Shown here piece after piece: positions 31,690-49,659 of a stretch of 64,000 nt of DNA. The notes under the pieces were generated by a model. It saw nothing but the letters and a program-made list of their open reading frames with translations, had not been told where the DNA came from and ran no database searches. How positions within the stretch are numbered: position 1 is the first letter of the stretch; every line of letters starts with the position of its first letter. Source of the stretch: the human T2T-CHM13v2.0 reference genome, Homo sapiens; assembly GCF_009914755.1 (NCBI RefSeq), contig NC_060927.1. One strand, given 5' to 3'. The position numbers and the translations under genes are program-made.

Positions 31690-31930
31690 TGCCGAGCAGG
31701 TCATGCGCATCCGGAGCACAAACACTACTATTTCCAGGGAGCTTCCAAAATGCACCCTCTTCATTCGGGACTACACTTCCCTGAAAGCTCCACAGGGCTT
31801 TGCTCTGGGTTTCAAAGCTTTTCTTTCATCCAGACTACAGAGGCCAGAATTAATCCATATCTTTCCCTTTGCCGAGGGAACCAAGGCAGCCCCCGCCGGC
31901 TTTCTCCTGGCGAAGGTGTCTGCGAAGCCT
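31690..31930. promoter_or_regulatory. Candidate orphan promoter/enhancer with ZNF143/THAP11-type and NRF1-like motifs
   Basis: GACTACACTTCCCTGAAAGC (31769-31788), ACTACTATTTCCAGGGAGC (31724-31742), CATGCGCAT (31702-31710); locally retained CpGs in non-repeat DNA. Confidence 0.4.
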
Positions 31931-33789
31931 CTCTTAGACTTGACAGTTTGGCACCTCATGGTGTCAATAAAGTTCCAAAAATTGAGACTTTGGATGGAGT
32001 GGAAAAGGTAGGACTCTCCACTGCAGCTGCTGGATTCTCCTGTGTCAAGCAGAGGCAGGTGAATAGAAAGGGATAGGAGACCCTATCTATCCCCCAAGTC
32101 TTTGCCTGCTCACACTGGCTTGAAACGTTTCTTGTTCTTTAGGGGTCCCAGTGCCCTGGGAGCCACACCTTAGGCACCTGCTACACAAAATAAGGTAGGA
32201 GCAGTGCAGCCACTGGCTGTTCTCTGTCTCTAGGGAGGACACCTATATAGGGCCCCAGCCTTCCCTTTTCTCTTGCTCCTGGATCTTCAGTCCTCAAATT
32301 CCACTCAGTTCCTGCTTCAGGAACTATTTCTCCCAGTCTAGGTTCAAAGATCCCTTCCCACCAGCCTGAATCTTCAGCCTCTGCCCTCCAACTCTGATAT
32401 CCTAGCTTCTTTCAGACTACTTTTCCTTTGGACTCTGGCATCATCCGTTGTTACTTCATATAGAGAATGTCACACCTCTGGTGTCCCATTAGTGTTAGTG
32501 CTACAAGTCAGCCAGGGGCTTTCAGAAGCCTACCTGGAAAGCATAGTTCTGTACTTGGGTCTCAGTTTCCCCACTTGGTATGAAGGCCCTTGGATTCAGG
32601 ACAGAGAGAAAGAACGTGTGGAGATAAGTGGTCTTGGCAATTACCTTCATTGGGCCTTAGTCCTCTAATTTGTTAAATGGGAACCATTATCCTTAACCAG
32701 AAAAATCAGCCTATATTTTGTCCCCATCCATCAGATTTTCCTACCCAACAGTGCAACTTTTTCCTTCTACCAGGGGGGAAATCAAAATCCTAGGGTATAT
32801 AGGAGAGGAACCACCATTACTATCCAGATACTCTGGCTAAGGTTAGTCATGCAGCTGTGTTTGGCAGTTGCAGGCATCAACCAGGGTCATGCTTGGGAGC
32901 TAGAAAAAAACCCCTGGAAGCTATTAGTGAATGGTGGTGTTCCTTATAATGGGAAGATGTGAAGATGAGGCCACTCTGGGGGAGGATGCCCTTGAGAGGA
33001 AGTGGAGGTAGGTGGACCAGTCAGGTTCCAGTTCCACAGCTATCAATTACTCTCTGGGTCTCCGTTTCGCCTTCTGTATGATATGTGTATGTAGGGGAGG
33101 GGTGTTTTGGGGAGGGGAGTGGTCATTGGCACCTTTTTCCTGTGTTAAGAGTGGTCCTACACCAAGAAAATTAGATTATTTGTTTAGGTTCTCATCAGAC
33201 CTCCAGATGTCGCTATTGACTAACAGTATTCGTCTGAAGAGCTATTTAGTCTGTTTAGAACTTGAGGACATACTTACATATTTTTATACACATTAGTTAG
33301 AAAAGTGAAACAGCACCTTAGAGTAAGGGCTTCGATATAGTCAGTGCTCTAAGCACAGAAAAAAGGGGTCTATAAACTCAGCGGTTCCTAAACTTTGTTG
33401 CAAATTGGAATCTTTAAAAAATACTGACTTCTGTGTCTAGAAATTCTAAGAGGGGTTCTGTGTCAAGGATGCAATGAAAGATAGTGGTAGGAAAGCTTGG
33501 TTGGAGGTTGGAGAGAGACACAGGCCAGATAACACAGGGCCTCACAGGTCAACCTAAGAAATTTTACCTTTAATCTCAGTATCATGGGAAGCCACTGGGA
33601 TGTTCTGAGTAGGCAAGTGGCACTATCTCTTTCTCCCGCTCTCTCATATTTTAAATTCTTGAACAAATATTTATTAAGTATCTACTATGTAGTTAGGTAC
33701 ATATAGTGAGCTTTACCTTTAAGTAGCAGTATAATTTGGAATAATTTTCTTAGTCATGTGTCTTGTGGTCTTTTAAAAAAATTCTACAT

Positions 33790-36827
<3,038 letters not shown>

Positions 36828-37642
36828 TTGCATTGGTCTGATGTTTTCCTCATTATTAAATTCAGTTTATGCAATTTTAATAAAAGTATCTCAGAAATGA
36901 TGCTGTATTCTTATTCCTTCCCATCACATGATACACAATTTCACTTTTTCCTATTGACTAATTCTGATTTTCTCCTTTTGGTAATTATACTGTCCTTTCC
37001 TCTGCCGGCAGTGAGAAACTTGCCTTCCACTCTTCTTAATATACTGTATTTACTGAACAGATCAACCCTCCATGCCAGGCTGCCCCTCTCACATGAACAC
37101 CCTCCTCACCCTGCGCTGGCTCTGACATTCCATCCTGGGCCACTCCTTCCCCCTGCAGGGACACTCTCTGCACCCTGCTCAGGCTCTAACACCTCAAACA
37201 AGCCCACCCCACGTATGGATGCCCTCCTCGTCCTGCATGAGTGCTCTCCTCACTAATCAGGCTCTGACACACCATAGCAATGCCCTCTTCACCCACTGTG
37301 GCCTCTGACTCCCCACACTAGGCCATACCACCCCATCATGGATGCCCTTTTCATTACATTTGGCTCTGCCTCTTCACTTGCATGGCTTCCTCTTCCCCCA
37401 ACTATGGTGATCTTACTTTACTCCACCTAATAGTTTAAAGATGAATTTTTTGGGTGATAGAGAAAAGGAGAGGGAAGAGAAGGTGCAGTACTTTTTAAAA
37501 AAGTCTCTGGCTATTCTATGGAGAATAGACTAGAGCGGGGCAAAGAGTACAGCAGAGAAACCAGTTAGAAGGCATTTGCTTAGGTAAGAAACAATGGTGA
37601 CAGGGACTGGGATGGTAGTGGTGATAAGGTGAAAAGTGGTCA

Positions 37643-38086
<444 letters not shown>

Positions 38087-38191
38087 CTAGTTAGGGAAGA
38101 TAAGAGGTGGATGCAGGGCATGAAGGAATCAGAAGTTTAGTTTTGGACATCTTAAGTCTGAAAATGACAGAGAATAGAGATGTTAAATTGG

Positions 38192-38618
38192 TGACATAGT
38201 ATGGATGTGTGCCCCCACCTAAATCTCATCTTGAATTGCAATCTTCAATGTTAGAGGTGGAGTCTGGTAGGAGATGATTGGACCACGGGGATGGATTTCT
38301 CATGCATGGTTTAGTACCCTCCCCTTGGTACTGTCCTCGTGACAGGGAGTGACTTCTTGAGAGATCTGGCTGTTTAAAAGTGTGTGGCACCTCTCTCCTC
38401 TCTCTCTTTTTTTCTGCTTGGGCCATGTGATATGCCTGCTCCCCCTTCACCTTCTATAATGATTGTAAGTTTCTTGAGACTTCCCCAGAAGCTGAGCAGA
38501 TGCCAGCATCATGCTTCCTATGCAGCCTGCAAAACCGTGAGCCAATTAAACTTATTTTCTTTATAAATTACCCAGTCTCGGGTGTTTCTTTATAGCAATG
38601 TGAGAACAGCCTAACACA
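38192..38618 (+). mobile_element. MSTB-like MaLR solo LTR
   Basis: TGACATAGTATGGATGTGTG...CAGCCTAACACA; 5-bp TSD ATTGG. Confidence 0.88.
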
Positions 38619-39334
38619 ATTGGATATTCCAGGTCAGAGCTCAAGGAAGCTGAGAGCTAGAGATATAAATTCAGGGGTTCTTAGTATTTAGATAATTTTT
38701 AAAGTGATGGGATTGGTTGATTTCACTGAAAGAGTGAGTATAGATGGAGAGAACATATTCATCTAATTTTAGAGTTCAGAGAAAGGAGGGATAGGATCCA
38801 GTAAAGGAGACAGAGGAGGAAAATCAGAAGTGGACTGTCAGAAGCCCAGTGAAGAGAATGACTTAAGAAGAGAGAGTGATACAATGCTGCTGACGGGTCA
38901 AGATGAGAGCATTAGTTTTGGCAATGTGGGAGATCTTAAAGGCAAGGATACCCTCTAAATGCAGCAAGCCAGGAAAACTACAGAAGTGGCCTGCCTGTGC
39001 CACTTTGGCAAAGAAAACTAGGGAAGAGAGGGGAGAGAAGAGGAGGCTAGGGAAGAGAGAAGGAGGGCCATTTGGAGCTGTCGTTTCCACCTCCTTACAC
39101 CCCACCAACTGCTCTATCTGAAGGCTGAGGGCTGGACACCTCAATGCTGGCACCTGATTTCCCCAAGTGCCTTGGGCTTCTCTGACAGTAGTGATGGTGT
39201 TGTTTAGAGATGCAGAAACCACTTCATCCATTGCTCTGAGAGAGTCACGTTCTATTCTTCAGGAAGCATGCTTACAACACCAACCTAATTTTTAAAAAAT
39301 CTTTCAGAGGCCCCTTTTTTAAGATGCAAAAATA

Positions 39335-39693
<359 letters not shown>

Positions 39694-40063
39694 CTACCTT
39701 TTGGGAATTCCTATACACTTTCCTTGTTTGTTTTTTGTGACTTTTCCAGAAAGAACTTTGAGGAAATAAAGAAATAAAAAATGAGAAGTAAATGGTATTT
39801 TGTGAGTGACTTTCTCAACACATTCTCTAAGACCAATGCAGATATCCCGAGGTACCTCACAGATGGGATAGGAAATCAGTGCTCCAGAGATCCAGAATCC
39901 TTCTTTTCTAGGCTGGTTGAGTAGAGCTCTTTGTCCATGTTGTTGCAGAACCATTTTTGTAGCCATCCCCAGTGGTGTTGTCACCTAGAAGAAACTTGGG
40001 GGAGCTTTTTACCCACATAGCACCCTCAATCTCCCCAGCAAATACAGCTTAAAGAAGTTCTAG

Positions 40064-40350
40064 GGCCAGGTGCAGTGACTCATGCCTGTAATCCTAGCAC
40101 TTTGGGAGGCTGAGGTGAGAGTATCGCTTGAGTCCAGGAGTTCAAGATCAGCCTGGGCAATATAGTGAGACCCTATCTCTACAAAAATTTTAAAAATTAG
40201 CCAGGCATGGTGGTATGTGCCTATAGTTCCTGCTAATCTGGAGGCTGGGATGGGAGGATTGCTCGAGCTCAGGTGGTCAAGGGTACAGTGAGCCATGATC
40301 ACACTGCTGCACTCCAGCCTGGGTGACAGAGCGAAACCCCATCTCTTTAA
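40064..40350 (+). mobile_element. AluJ followed by GA-rich tail
   Basis: Diverged Alu. Confidence 0.9.
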
Positions 40351-40448
40351 ATAAGAAAGAAAAGAAAGAAAGAGAGAGAAAGGAGGGAAGGAAGGAAGAA
40401 AGTTCTCAAGACAACCCTTTTCAACAGAGTGCTACCCTAAGTGCATGT

Positions 40449-40841
40449 GCTATGGGCTAAATTGTGTCTTCCCCCCAAATTCATATGTTGAATCTGTAAC
40501 CTCCAATACCTCAGAATGTGACTGTATATAGAGATAGGGCCTTTAAGAAATAATTAAGGTTAAATAAGATCATAAGGGTGGGTCCTAATCTAATATGGCT
40601 GGTATCTTTATAAGACAAGGGAAGGACACCAGGGATGCAGGCACACAGAGGAAAGACCATAGGAACACATAATAAAAAGGTAGTCATCTTCAAGCCAAGG
40701 AGAAGGGGCTTCAGGAGAAACCATACCTGCTGACATCTTATCTTGGACTTCTAGCCTCCAGACCTGTGAAAATGAAATATCTATTGTGTAAGCCACCCAG
40801 TCTGTGGTGTTTTGTTATGGCAGCCCTTGCAAACAAATGCA
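40449..40841 (+). mobile_element. MLT1B-like MaLR LTR
   Basis: TGCTATGGGCTAAATTGTGTC..CCAAATTCATATGTTGAA..CCTCAGAATGTGACTGTAT...TTTGTTATGGCAGCCCT. Confidence 0.85.
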
Positions 40842-42099
40842 ACCTCCCGCAAGGAATTGATGGTGTGCCATTGCTGCCCCTGCATTCGTAACAGGAATAC
40901 AAGTGGGCAGCTCCTGCTCACAGCTCCTGACAAACGTGGAAACCAGACACATGCCCCACCTTCCCTTGGGTAGCATGTCTCTTCCCAAAGAATCTTAGAT
41001 GAGTCAGGTGCAGTGACTACAGCAAGGAAGAAGACACTATCTCTAGGAAGGAATGGGGTTCCAGGTTTTGAGCAAATCTCACTTCTTTCTCCAAAACAGA
41101 CATTCTTTTTATGCAGGTGAAATTACACTAAAGTTAATATCAGTCTTCATTAGGAGAAAATTGAATTAGGATAATTAAGTCTTGAAGAAGAAAATTAAGC
41201 CAAAAAGAATAATATGGCAGATACTTGTGGAAAGGAATCTTTTTTACTATTGATTTTGATATTTGCTCTTAAGTTTTGTATCTAGAACAAATAACTTGTG
41301 GACTATTAGTCTGGTTGTTTTCCATAGGAGCCTTCTGTGATTTTTTGCAGCCCTAGTTCCTGACCTGAGCTACCTCCATGTTTACTTCTCTAACTCACTG
41401 AGTTTGACGAACCTGTTGTTTCCCATTACTTAGAGGTACTTTATTCATCTGAAGGGCCTAGGAAAGGGAGGCAAGTTTAACTTCAATCCAATTGCATCTA
41501 ATTTACAAATTCTGAACTGGAAACTGACTGAAGAAAATGTTGCACTTTCATTTATGTCCCTGTGTGCCTAAATAAAACAGCATCCCTCAATCCATGCTAA
41601 CACATATATTTTCTAGGTGAACTGGACAAAGTTATACTACTTGTTTTATCTAAATCTGATTTTTTTAGAAAAGGGAAAGTGTTGCGATCGTGAACTCCAC
41701 GTTGAGATGTCAGGAATAGATAATTTACTGCATAGTTTTAGGAGCACTGGACTGAAAGCCAGGGGATTTCCCTCCTAGTTCTTCTATCCTCTGGGGCTCA
41801 AACTAGTCTTTTGTCAAATGCCTACAAGATGAAGTCCATGGATTCTTTCTTTCAACAAATATCTTTTTGCCAAGCACGTTCAAGGCTTTGCTCTTTCCAG
41901 CTGAACTATTCTAGAATTTCCATTATTTTAAAGCAACTCTTCAGAGTGTTTAGCCCCGAGTTGCACCCCATTTCAGTTTTTGCAACCCCATCCTCCAGAA
42001 GCTCAGGGACTACTGAAGAGACATGAATAACGCTCCTCAAAGTAAGTACAAAATGTTACAAGATAGATGATGAATTGTCAGAACGTACTCAAAAGCCAA

Positions 42100-42910
<811 letters not shown>

Positions 42911-43237
42911 TCTCTTCGTCTTGGTTTTCTGCAGAAAGGCCTCTGGCTGGATTCCACTCATCTCGGATACTTAAGCAAACAACAACAAAAAACTCTTTAG
43001 TGCATCAGATTTCAAAGACTTACCAAAAAAACAAGTAGGAATAAGGAGACTAGTACTGTATCCCGGAACCTCCAAGTACTCCCAGCTTTAACAATTATTC
43101 CAACTCTTGGCAGTTCTTTCACATCTGTACCTCCATCTACTTCCGGTCGGTTTTTGAAAGCTCACATTATGTGTTGATTTTTAAATGTGTGTAAGTAGAA
43201 CTCAGACTGCCCCCCTCTCTTCTCTTAAACATCTGTG

Positions 43238-43519
43238 GCCGGGCGCAGTGGCTCACGCCTGTAATCCCAACACTTTGGGAGGCTGAGGCAGGCGGATCAC
43301 GATGTTAGGAGTTCGAGACCAGCCTGGTCAATTTATTGAAACCCCGTCTGTACTAAAAATACAAAAATTAGCCGGACGTGGTGGTGGGCGCCTGTAGTCT
43401 CAGCTACTTGGGAGGCTGAGGCAGGAGAATCGCTTGAACCGGGGAGGCGGAGATTGCCCCATTGCACTCCAGTTTAGGCGACAGAGTGAGACTCCGTCCC
43501 AAAACAAACAAAAACAAAC
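43238..43519 (+). mobile_element. AluS in HPS3 intron 1 (small right-arm deletion)
   Basis: Alu match, same orientation as the 39335 Alu. Confidence 0.92.
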
Positions 43520-43997
43520 AGTTGTAAGAGCAGCCGTTACTCTTTCACACCAGAAATGTGAAGCAATACCAAGGAAATACTGTGTGGGTGAATCCTATTT
43601 TAGAAAAATCCAACATTTAAAACTAGATCCCTTTTAGATTACAGAAGAATTTACCATATAATTCCTTTAATACACTTACCTTCGATTCATACTTTACAAG
43701 ATGGGTGTAAAGTTCAGTATTTACGTTGCAAAAGCTGGTGGCTATGCTATTAATGAAGTGGAGAACTTGAACCTGGAAGATTGGAGATCTCTCTCTAATC
43801 CCTACCCCGCAGCTGGTTCGGTGTGAGTTTATAGAAACCTTGGGGTCTGAGTTTATGTTAAAAAAAAAAAAAAAAAACAAAAAGTTGAATAAATAGATCA
43901 GTGATATCCAGACCCTGGGATTTCGTGGCTCAATTAAAAACTGTGGGGTTACCATACATAGTATCTGACTGCTTATTTTGTCAAGTAAAGACATATA

Positions 43998-46714
43998 CAG
44001 GCATACCTTGTTTTTTTTGCATTTCACTTTGTTGTACTTTGCCGATACTGCGTGTTTTTTTCTCCCCAATTGAAAGTTTGTGGCAACTCTGTGTGGAGCA
44101 AATCTACCAGTTCCATTTTTCACACTGCATGTGCTCACTACATGTCTCTTGAGTCACATTTTGATAGTTCTTGGCAATATTTCAAACTTTATCATAATTA
44201 TTGTATCTATTACGGTGATCAGCAATCTTTGATGTTACTATTGTAGTAGTTTTGGGGTGCCATGAACTGTGCCCATGTGAGATGGTGAACTTAATTGATA
44301 TGTGTTGTGTATGTTCTGATTACTGCTCTGATCGTCTCTGCCTGCTCAGGCTGCCCTAGGCCCTGAGACACAACAATATTGAAATCAGGCCAATTAATAA
44401 CCCTACAATGTCTTCTAAATGTTCAAGTGACACTTGGACGTCTCTCACTTTAAATCAAAAGCTAGAAATGATTAAGCTTAGTGAGGAAGGCAGGCGTGTC
44501 AGAAGCTGAGATAGGCTGCACGGTAGGCCTCTTGGACCAAACACTTAGCCAAGTTGTGACTGCAAAGGAAAAGTTCTTGAAATTAAGTGTTACTCCAGTG
44601 AACACAAATGATTAGAAAGCCTTATTGCTGATAGGAAAAAAACTTTGCTCTAGGTAGAAGATCAAGCCAGCCAAAATACTCCCTTAAGCCCAGGCTTAAT
44701 ACAGAGCAAGGCCCTCTGTTCAACTCTGTGAATGCTGAGAGAGGTGAGGAAGCAGCAGAATAAAAGTTTAAAGCTAGCAGAGTTCAGCTCATGAGGTTTA
44801 AGGGAAGAAGCTGTCTCCATAATATAAAAGTGCAAGGTGAAACAGCAAGTGATGATGTAGAATCTGCAGCAAGTTATCCAGAAGTCCAGAAGATATAGCT
44901 AAGATGAGTTTATGGAGGCAGCTGTGCTAAACAACAGATTTTTTCAGTGTAGACAAAACAGTCTTAAATTGGAAGAAGATGCCATCTAGGACTTTCTTGG
45001 CTAGAGAGGAGAAGATAATGCCTGGCTTCAAAGAACAGGCTGACTCTTGTTAGGGGGTGATGCAGCTGGTGACTAAATTGAGGCCAGTTCTCATTTACCA
45101 TTCTGAAAATCATAGGGCCCTTTTAAAAATTATGCTAAATCTACTCTGCCTGTGCTTTAGAATGAAAAAAGCCTGGGTGACAGCACAGCTGTTACAACAT
45201 TGTTTACTGAATATTTTAAGCCCACTGTTTTGATCTACTGCTCAGAAAACAATATTCTTTTCAAAAGATTACTGCACATTGACAATGCACCTAGTCCCTC
45301 AAGACCTCTGATGGAGATGTAGAAGGAGATTGATGTTGTTTTTATGCCTGCTAACACAGCATCCATTCCGCAGCCCATGGATCAAGTAGTAATTTTGACT
45401 TTCAAGTCTCATTATTAAAGAAATACATTTGGTAAGGCTATAACTGCCACAGATAAGTGATTCTTCTGATGGATCTGGGCAAAATAAATTGAAAATCATC
45501 TGGAAAGAATTCACTCTTTCTAGATGCCATTAAAAACATTCAGGATTCATGGAAGGAGATCAGATACCAACATTAACAGGAGTTTGGAAGTAGTTGATTC
45601 CAACTCTCATGGATGACTTTGAGGGGTTCAAGACTTAGGTGGATGAAATAACAGTAGATGTAGTGGAAATAGCAAGAAAGCTAGAATTGGAAGTGGAGCC
45701 TGAAGATGTGTTGGAATTCCTGCAATCTTATGATCAAACTTGAATGGGTGAGGAGTTGCTTCTCATGGATGAACAAAGAAAGTGGTTTCTTGAGATGGAA
45801 TTGTTTCTATTGAAGATGCTGGGAACATTGTTCAAAAGACAACGAAGATTTAGAATATTTCATAAACTTAGTTGATAAAGCAATGAGAAGGTTTGAAAAG
45901 ATTAACTCCAATTTTGAAGTTCTGCTGTGGGTAAAATGCTATCAAATAGCATTGCATGCTCCAGAGAAATCTTTTGTGAAAGGAAGAGTCAATTGATGGA
46001 GCAAACTTAATTGTTTTATTTTTTTATTTTATTTTATTTTATTTTATTTTTTTGAGACAGAGCTTCACTCTTGTTGGCCAGGCTGGAGTGCAGTGGCGTG
46101 AACTCGGCTCACCACAACCTCCACCTCCCAGGTTTAAGCAATTCCCAGCCTCAGCCTCCCAAGTAGCTGGGGTTACAGGCATGCGCTACCACTTGTGGCG
46201 AATTTTGTATTTTTAGTAGAGATGGGGTTTCTCCATGGTTGGTCAGGCTGGTCTCAAACTCCCGACCTCAGGTGATCCACCCGCCTTGGCCTCACAAAGT
46301 GCTGGCATTACAGGTGTGAGCCACTGTGCCCGGCCCATTGTTGTCTTATTTTAAGGATTTGCCACAGCCACCCCAGCCTCCAGTGACCACCACCCTGATC
46401 AGTCAGCAGCCATCAGCATCGGGGCAAGACCCTTCACCAGTGAAAAGATATGTCTCGTTAAAGGCTTGGATGATCGTTAGCATTTTTTTTAGCAATAAAA
46501 TATTTTTAGTTAAGGTATGTACATTGCTTTGTTTTTTTGTTTGTTTGTTTTTTAGGTATAATGCAATTTCACACCTAATAGACTATAATCTAGTACAAAC
46601 ATAACTTTTTTATGCACTGGGAAACCAAAAAATTTATGTGACTCTTTTTATTGCATTATTTGCTTTATTGCGGTGGTCTGGAAGCAATCCTCCAATATCT
46701 CTGGGATATGCCTG
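43998..46714 (+). mobile_element. Essentially full-length Tigger1 DNA transposon (decayed transposase), split by an Alu
   Basis: TIRs TA-CAGGCATACC ... GATATGCCTG; transposase start ATGTCTTCTAAATGTTCAAGT at ~44408; ~2.4 kb without the Alu. Confidence 0.93.
46010..46336 (-). mobile_element. AluSp-like inside Tigger1
   Basis: Antisense Alu with (TTTTA)n tail. Confidence 0.9.
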
Positions 46715-47274
46715 TGTTTTTTTTTAAAAAAAATGAAAAGCCTTACTATTTACTGTCATTATTTATAAAAGAAAAAACACTTAGCATCAAACATTGGATA
46801 TCTTTAGCTTTGTGAACAACTTACTCTGCTGTCATTGGTTTTTTGTTTTTGTTTTTGCCTAATGACAACATTAGCAGGGGCCTGCACTGGGCCACGGACC
46901 TGTTTGAAAAACCTCTCATTAACTCTTTAAGTTCCCTTTCAGCAGGAATATTCCAATTTTGGTATTATAAAATCTGTCTTTAATGGTCATACCTGTTAAA
47001 ATATTGGTAGTTTTCTCTACGTCACTCCTTTTAAGGCATAAGAGTTCTCACTTTCAAGAGTTCTACTGAGTAACAAACTCACCACTTTCAACTTTTATAT
47101 GTGTGTGTGTGTGAGAGAGAGAAAGAAAGACAGGGACAGACAGGCATACACACAGACAGATAATATGTTTACATGATTTACTTCATTCTTCCAAGTGGAT
47201 GTTTATTTTAGAATTTGGAGTGGCAGGTATTATGTAAACTTCTAGCTTTCTTACCTGTCGGATCCTTGGATGGC

Positions 47275-47418
47275 CACTACCTATGCATACGAATCACTTG
47301 GGGAGTTTTTAAAAATCTCTATGCCTGGGCCAAACCCTCAGAGATACAGTAGTAGTTTCCCTGGAGTGAGGACAGCATTGGGGTGAGTCAGATATTTAAT
47401 CAGGGTTGAGAACCGCTG
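47275..47418. mobile_element. MER5A-type MITE fragment
   Basis: GAATCACTTGGGAG..CAGGGTTGAGAACCGCTG-ATCTAGAG. Confidence 0.6.
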
Positions 47419-48029
47419 ATCTAGAGCAGTACTGGCTGCAGGAGGCCATGAGTAGCATTGTAACCTCATTAACGAGGCCTTGAACAATAAAGATGTTTTT
47501 ATAATCCAGTTGGCTGCCTTACAGCAGGTTCAAGAGTCATGTGGGATGGAATTAGCATCACGGGTCATGTAGCTCAAGGGTAAGTTTCAGTCCACAGCTT
47601 GAACTTCAACCCCTGGGTACAGCTCCTATTAATGCACCCACAAATGAACATAAATAGAGCTGACTCTGGCTATGATGGTATCCAGATAACTTGTTTTCCA
47701 CTTCACAGCTTTTCCCTTTTGGCCCCTTCCTTCCATTCACAATAACTGGGACATGAGGATTCCGGCTCAATGCCCAGTGTCCTCCTCTGTAGCAAGTCTC
47801 CTCCTCAAAAATGGAAAGAATCTTACATCAGCCATCTATGTTTACTAAAAATGCTTTTCAGGTCTCTACTCAAGCAGAAAACATTTTCAGGTTAAAAAAA
47901 ATCTCAAATTAGCTGAAAGTTTTTAAAATAAAATTTGGGGGTATTAGGGAGAAAGCAGGTAGAAATTTTGAAGGATGGGGACCTCTGACATCGTCATCAG
48001 TAAGGGAAAATAAATTTAGGCTTTGTGTG

Positions 48030-48388
48030 TGATACGGTTTGGCTGTGTCCTCAGCTAAAATCTCATCTTGAATTGTAGTCCCCATAACCCCCACGTGTCA
48101 AGGGCGGGACCAGGTGGAGGTAATTGGATCATGGGGACAGTTTCCCCCATGCTGTTTCTCATGATAGTGAATTCTCATGAGATCTGATGGTTTTTAAGTG
48201 TCTGGCATTTCCCCTACCCACACTTATTTTCTGTCCTGCCGCCCTGTGAAGAGGTGCCTTCCACCATGGTTATAAGTTTTCTGAGGTCCCCCCAGCCATG
48301 CAGAACTGCGAGTCAATTAAACCTGTTTTCTTTATTACCCAGTCTCAGGTATTTGCTTGTAGCAGTAATGTGAAAATGGACTAATACA
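48030..48388 (+). mobile_element. THE1D-like MaLR solo LTR
   Basis: TGATACGGTTTGGCTGTGTCC...GGACTAATACA; 5-bp TSD GTGTG. Confidence 0.9.
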
Positions 48389-48855
48389 GTGTGTAAAGCA
48401 AAGAAGAGGGGAGACCTGAGAACTCCCCACTCCTGAAAGAGAAAGACCTGGTGGCCAGGGTTGAGTGCTGTATGGGGACCTTTGGTGGTAGACACTTGTT
48501 TATGGGGTGTCTAGGGGTGGTGGGGCATGGAGGATGCAGACCACAAGGCTGTAATTGCCTGGCCATTAGCACAAGTGTACTAAACCAGCCCCAGCCCATC
48601 TACCCCTCCCACAAGCCCTACTTTCTCTCAGTTTTCCTGGAGTCATAAAACATATTTAGATGCCTTATAAATTATTTCTGCCTTGTGATTCAATTTTGTC
48701 ATAGGAGTACAGCCTTTGATCTGGTATTACTGTTAGCCATGTTTGTGATCTTGCTACATAAAAGGGAAAGTTTACTTATTTTTAAAAATCAGTAACTCTA
48801 AGCTCAAGAGTAAAAATGAGAATGATTTTTCAATGTACTTAATAAAGACAGAAGC

Positions 48856-49108
48856 TGAGCCTGGGCTACATAGTGAAACCCTGTTTCTACATATGTGTGT
48901 GTGTATATATATACACACACACATTATAATATATGTATATACATATATATACACACACACACACAAATTAGCCAAGTGTGGTGGCTCACACCTGTAGTTC
49001 CACCTACTTGAGAGGCTGAGGTGGAAGGATCACTTGAGTCCGGGAGATGGAGGTTGCAGTGAGCCAAGACAACTTGGGCAACAGAGCAAGACACTTAAAT
49101 TTAAAAAA
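48856..49108 (+). mobile_element. Truncated Alu with (TG)(TA)(CA) microsatellite in the linker
   Basis: Partial left arm, microsatellite, right arm. Confidence 0.8.
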
Positions 49109-49239
49109 GGTAAAATGAGGCACTGCACACATAAAGCTTAAAAAATTTAGTTCCCTTCTCTTGTAAAGGGTTATAGCCTCCACAGACTCCTGTAGAGTTG
49201 TATTTCCCTTCTATCATTTGGGGAAACAGCATTACTGGG

Positions 49240-49410
49240 CAAAGAACATAAACTTTTGAGCTAACCAGATCTAGGTTTGAGTCCCAGTTTCCTAATTTGT
49301 TCGTTGTGTTGCCTTGGACAAGTTACTTTGCTTGTCTGTGCTTCAGATTCCTGATGTATAAAATGAGGAGGGAGATTTATATCTTAAAGGGCTGTTGTGA
49401 GAGTTAATTG
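49240..49410 (+). mobile_element. MIR
   Basis: GGTTTGAGTCCCAG..TGTGTTGCCTTGGACAAGTTAC..TAAAATGAGG core. Confidence 0.7.
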
Positions 49411-49659
49411 AAGGAACTCTAAAGCTCTGATCATAAGGATTGTCAGGCAGGCACATTTAGCAAGTGCTGGATCATCATTTAAAGACCAGGTCATTAATCT
49501 GAAAGCACACAATACAACATGGACACTATCTACAATTTGCATACTATAAACATTAGTTAATATATGAATTTTATAGATGAAATGGGCATGTATTTATAGG
49601 TATATGAATAAAAAGGTTTTATTGTAATTAAATATTCTTAGTTTTAAAATTTATTTACT

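Noticed and set aside
37070-37370. Degenerate ~55-bp repeats (ATGGATGCCCTCCTCACCC...GGCTCTGACAC)
   Set aside because: Resembles the internal tandem repeat of old L1MC-type 3' UTRs and lies next to L1M fragments; likely not independent.
48893-48924. Perfect 32-bp palindrome ATGTGTGTGTGTATATATATACACACACACAT
   Set aside because: Compound dinucleotide microsatellite in an Alu linker; such palindromes are common.
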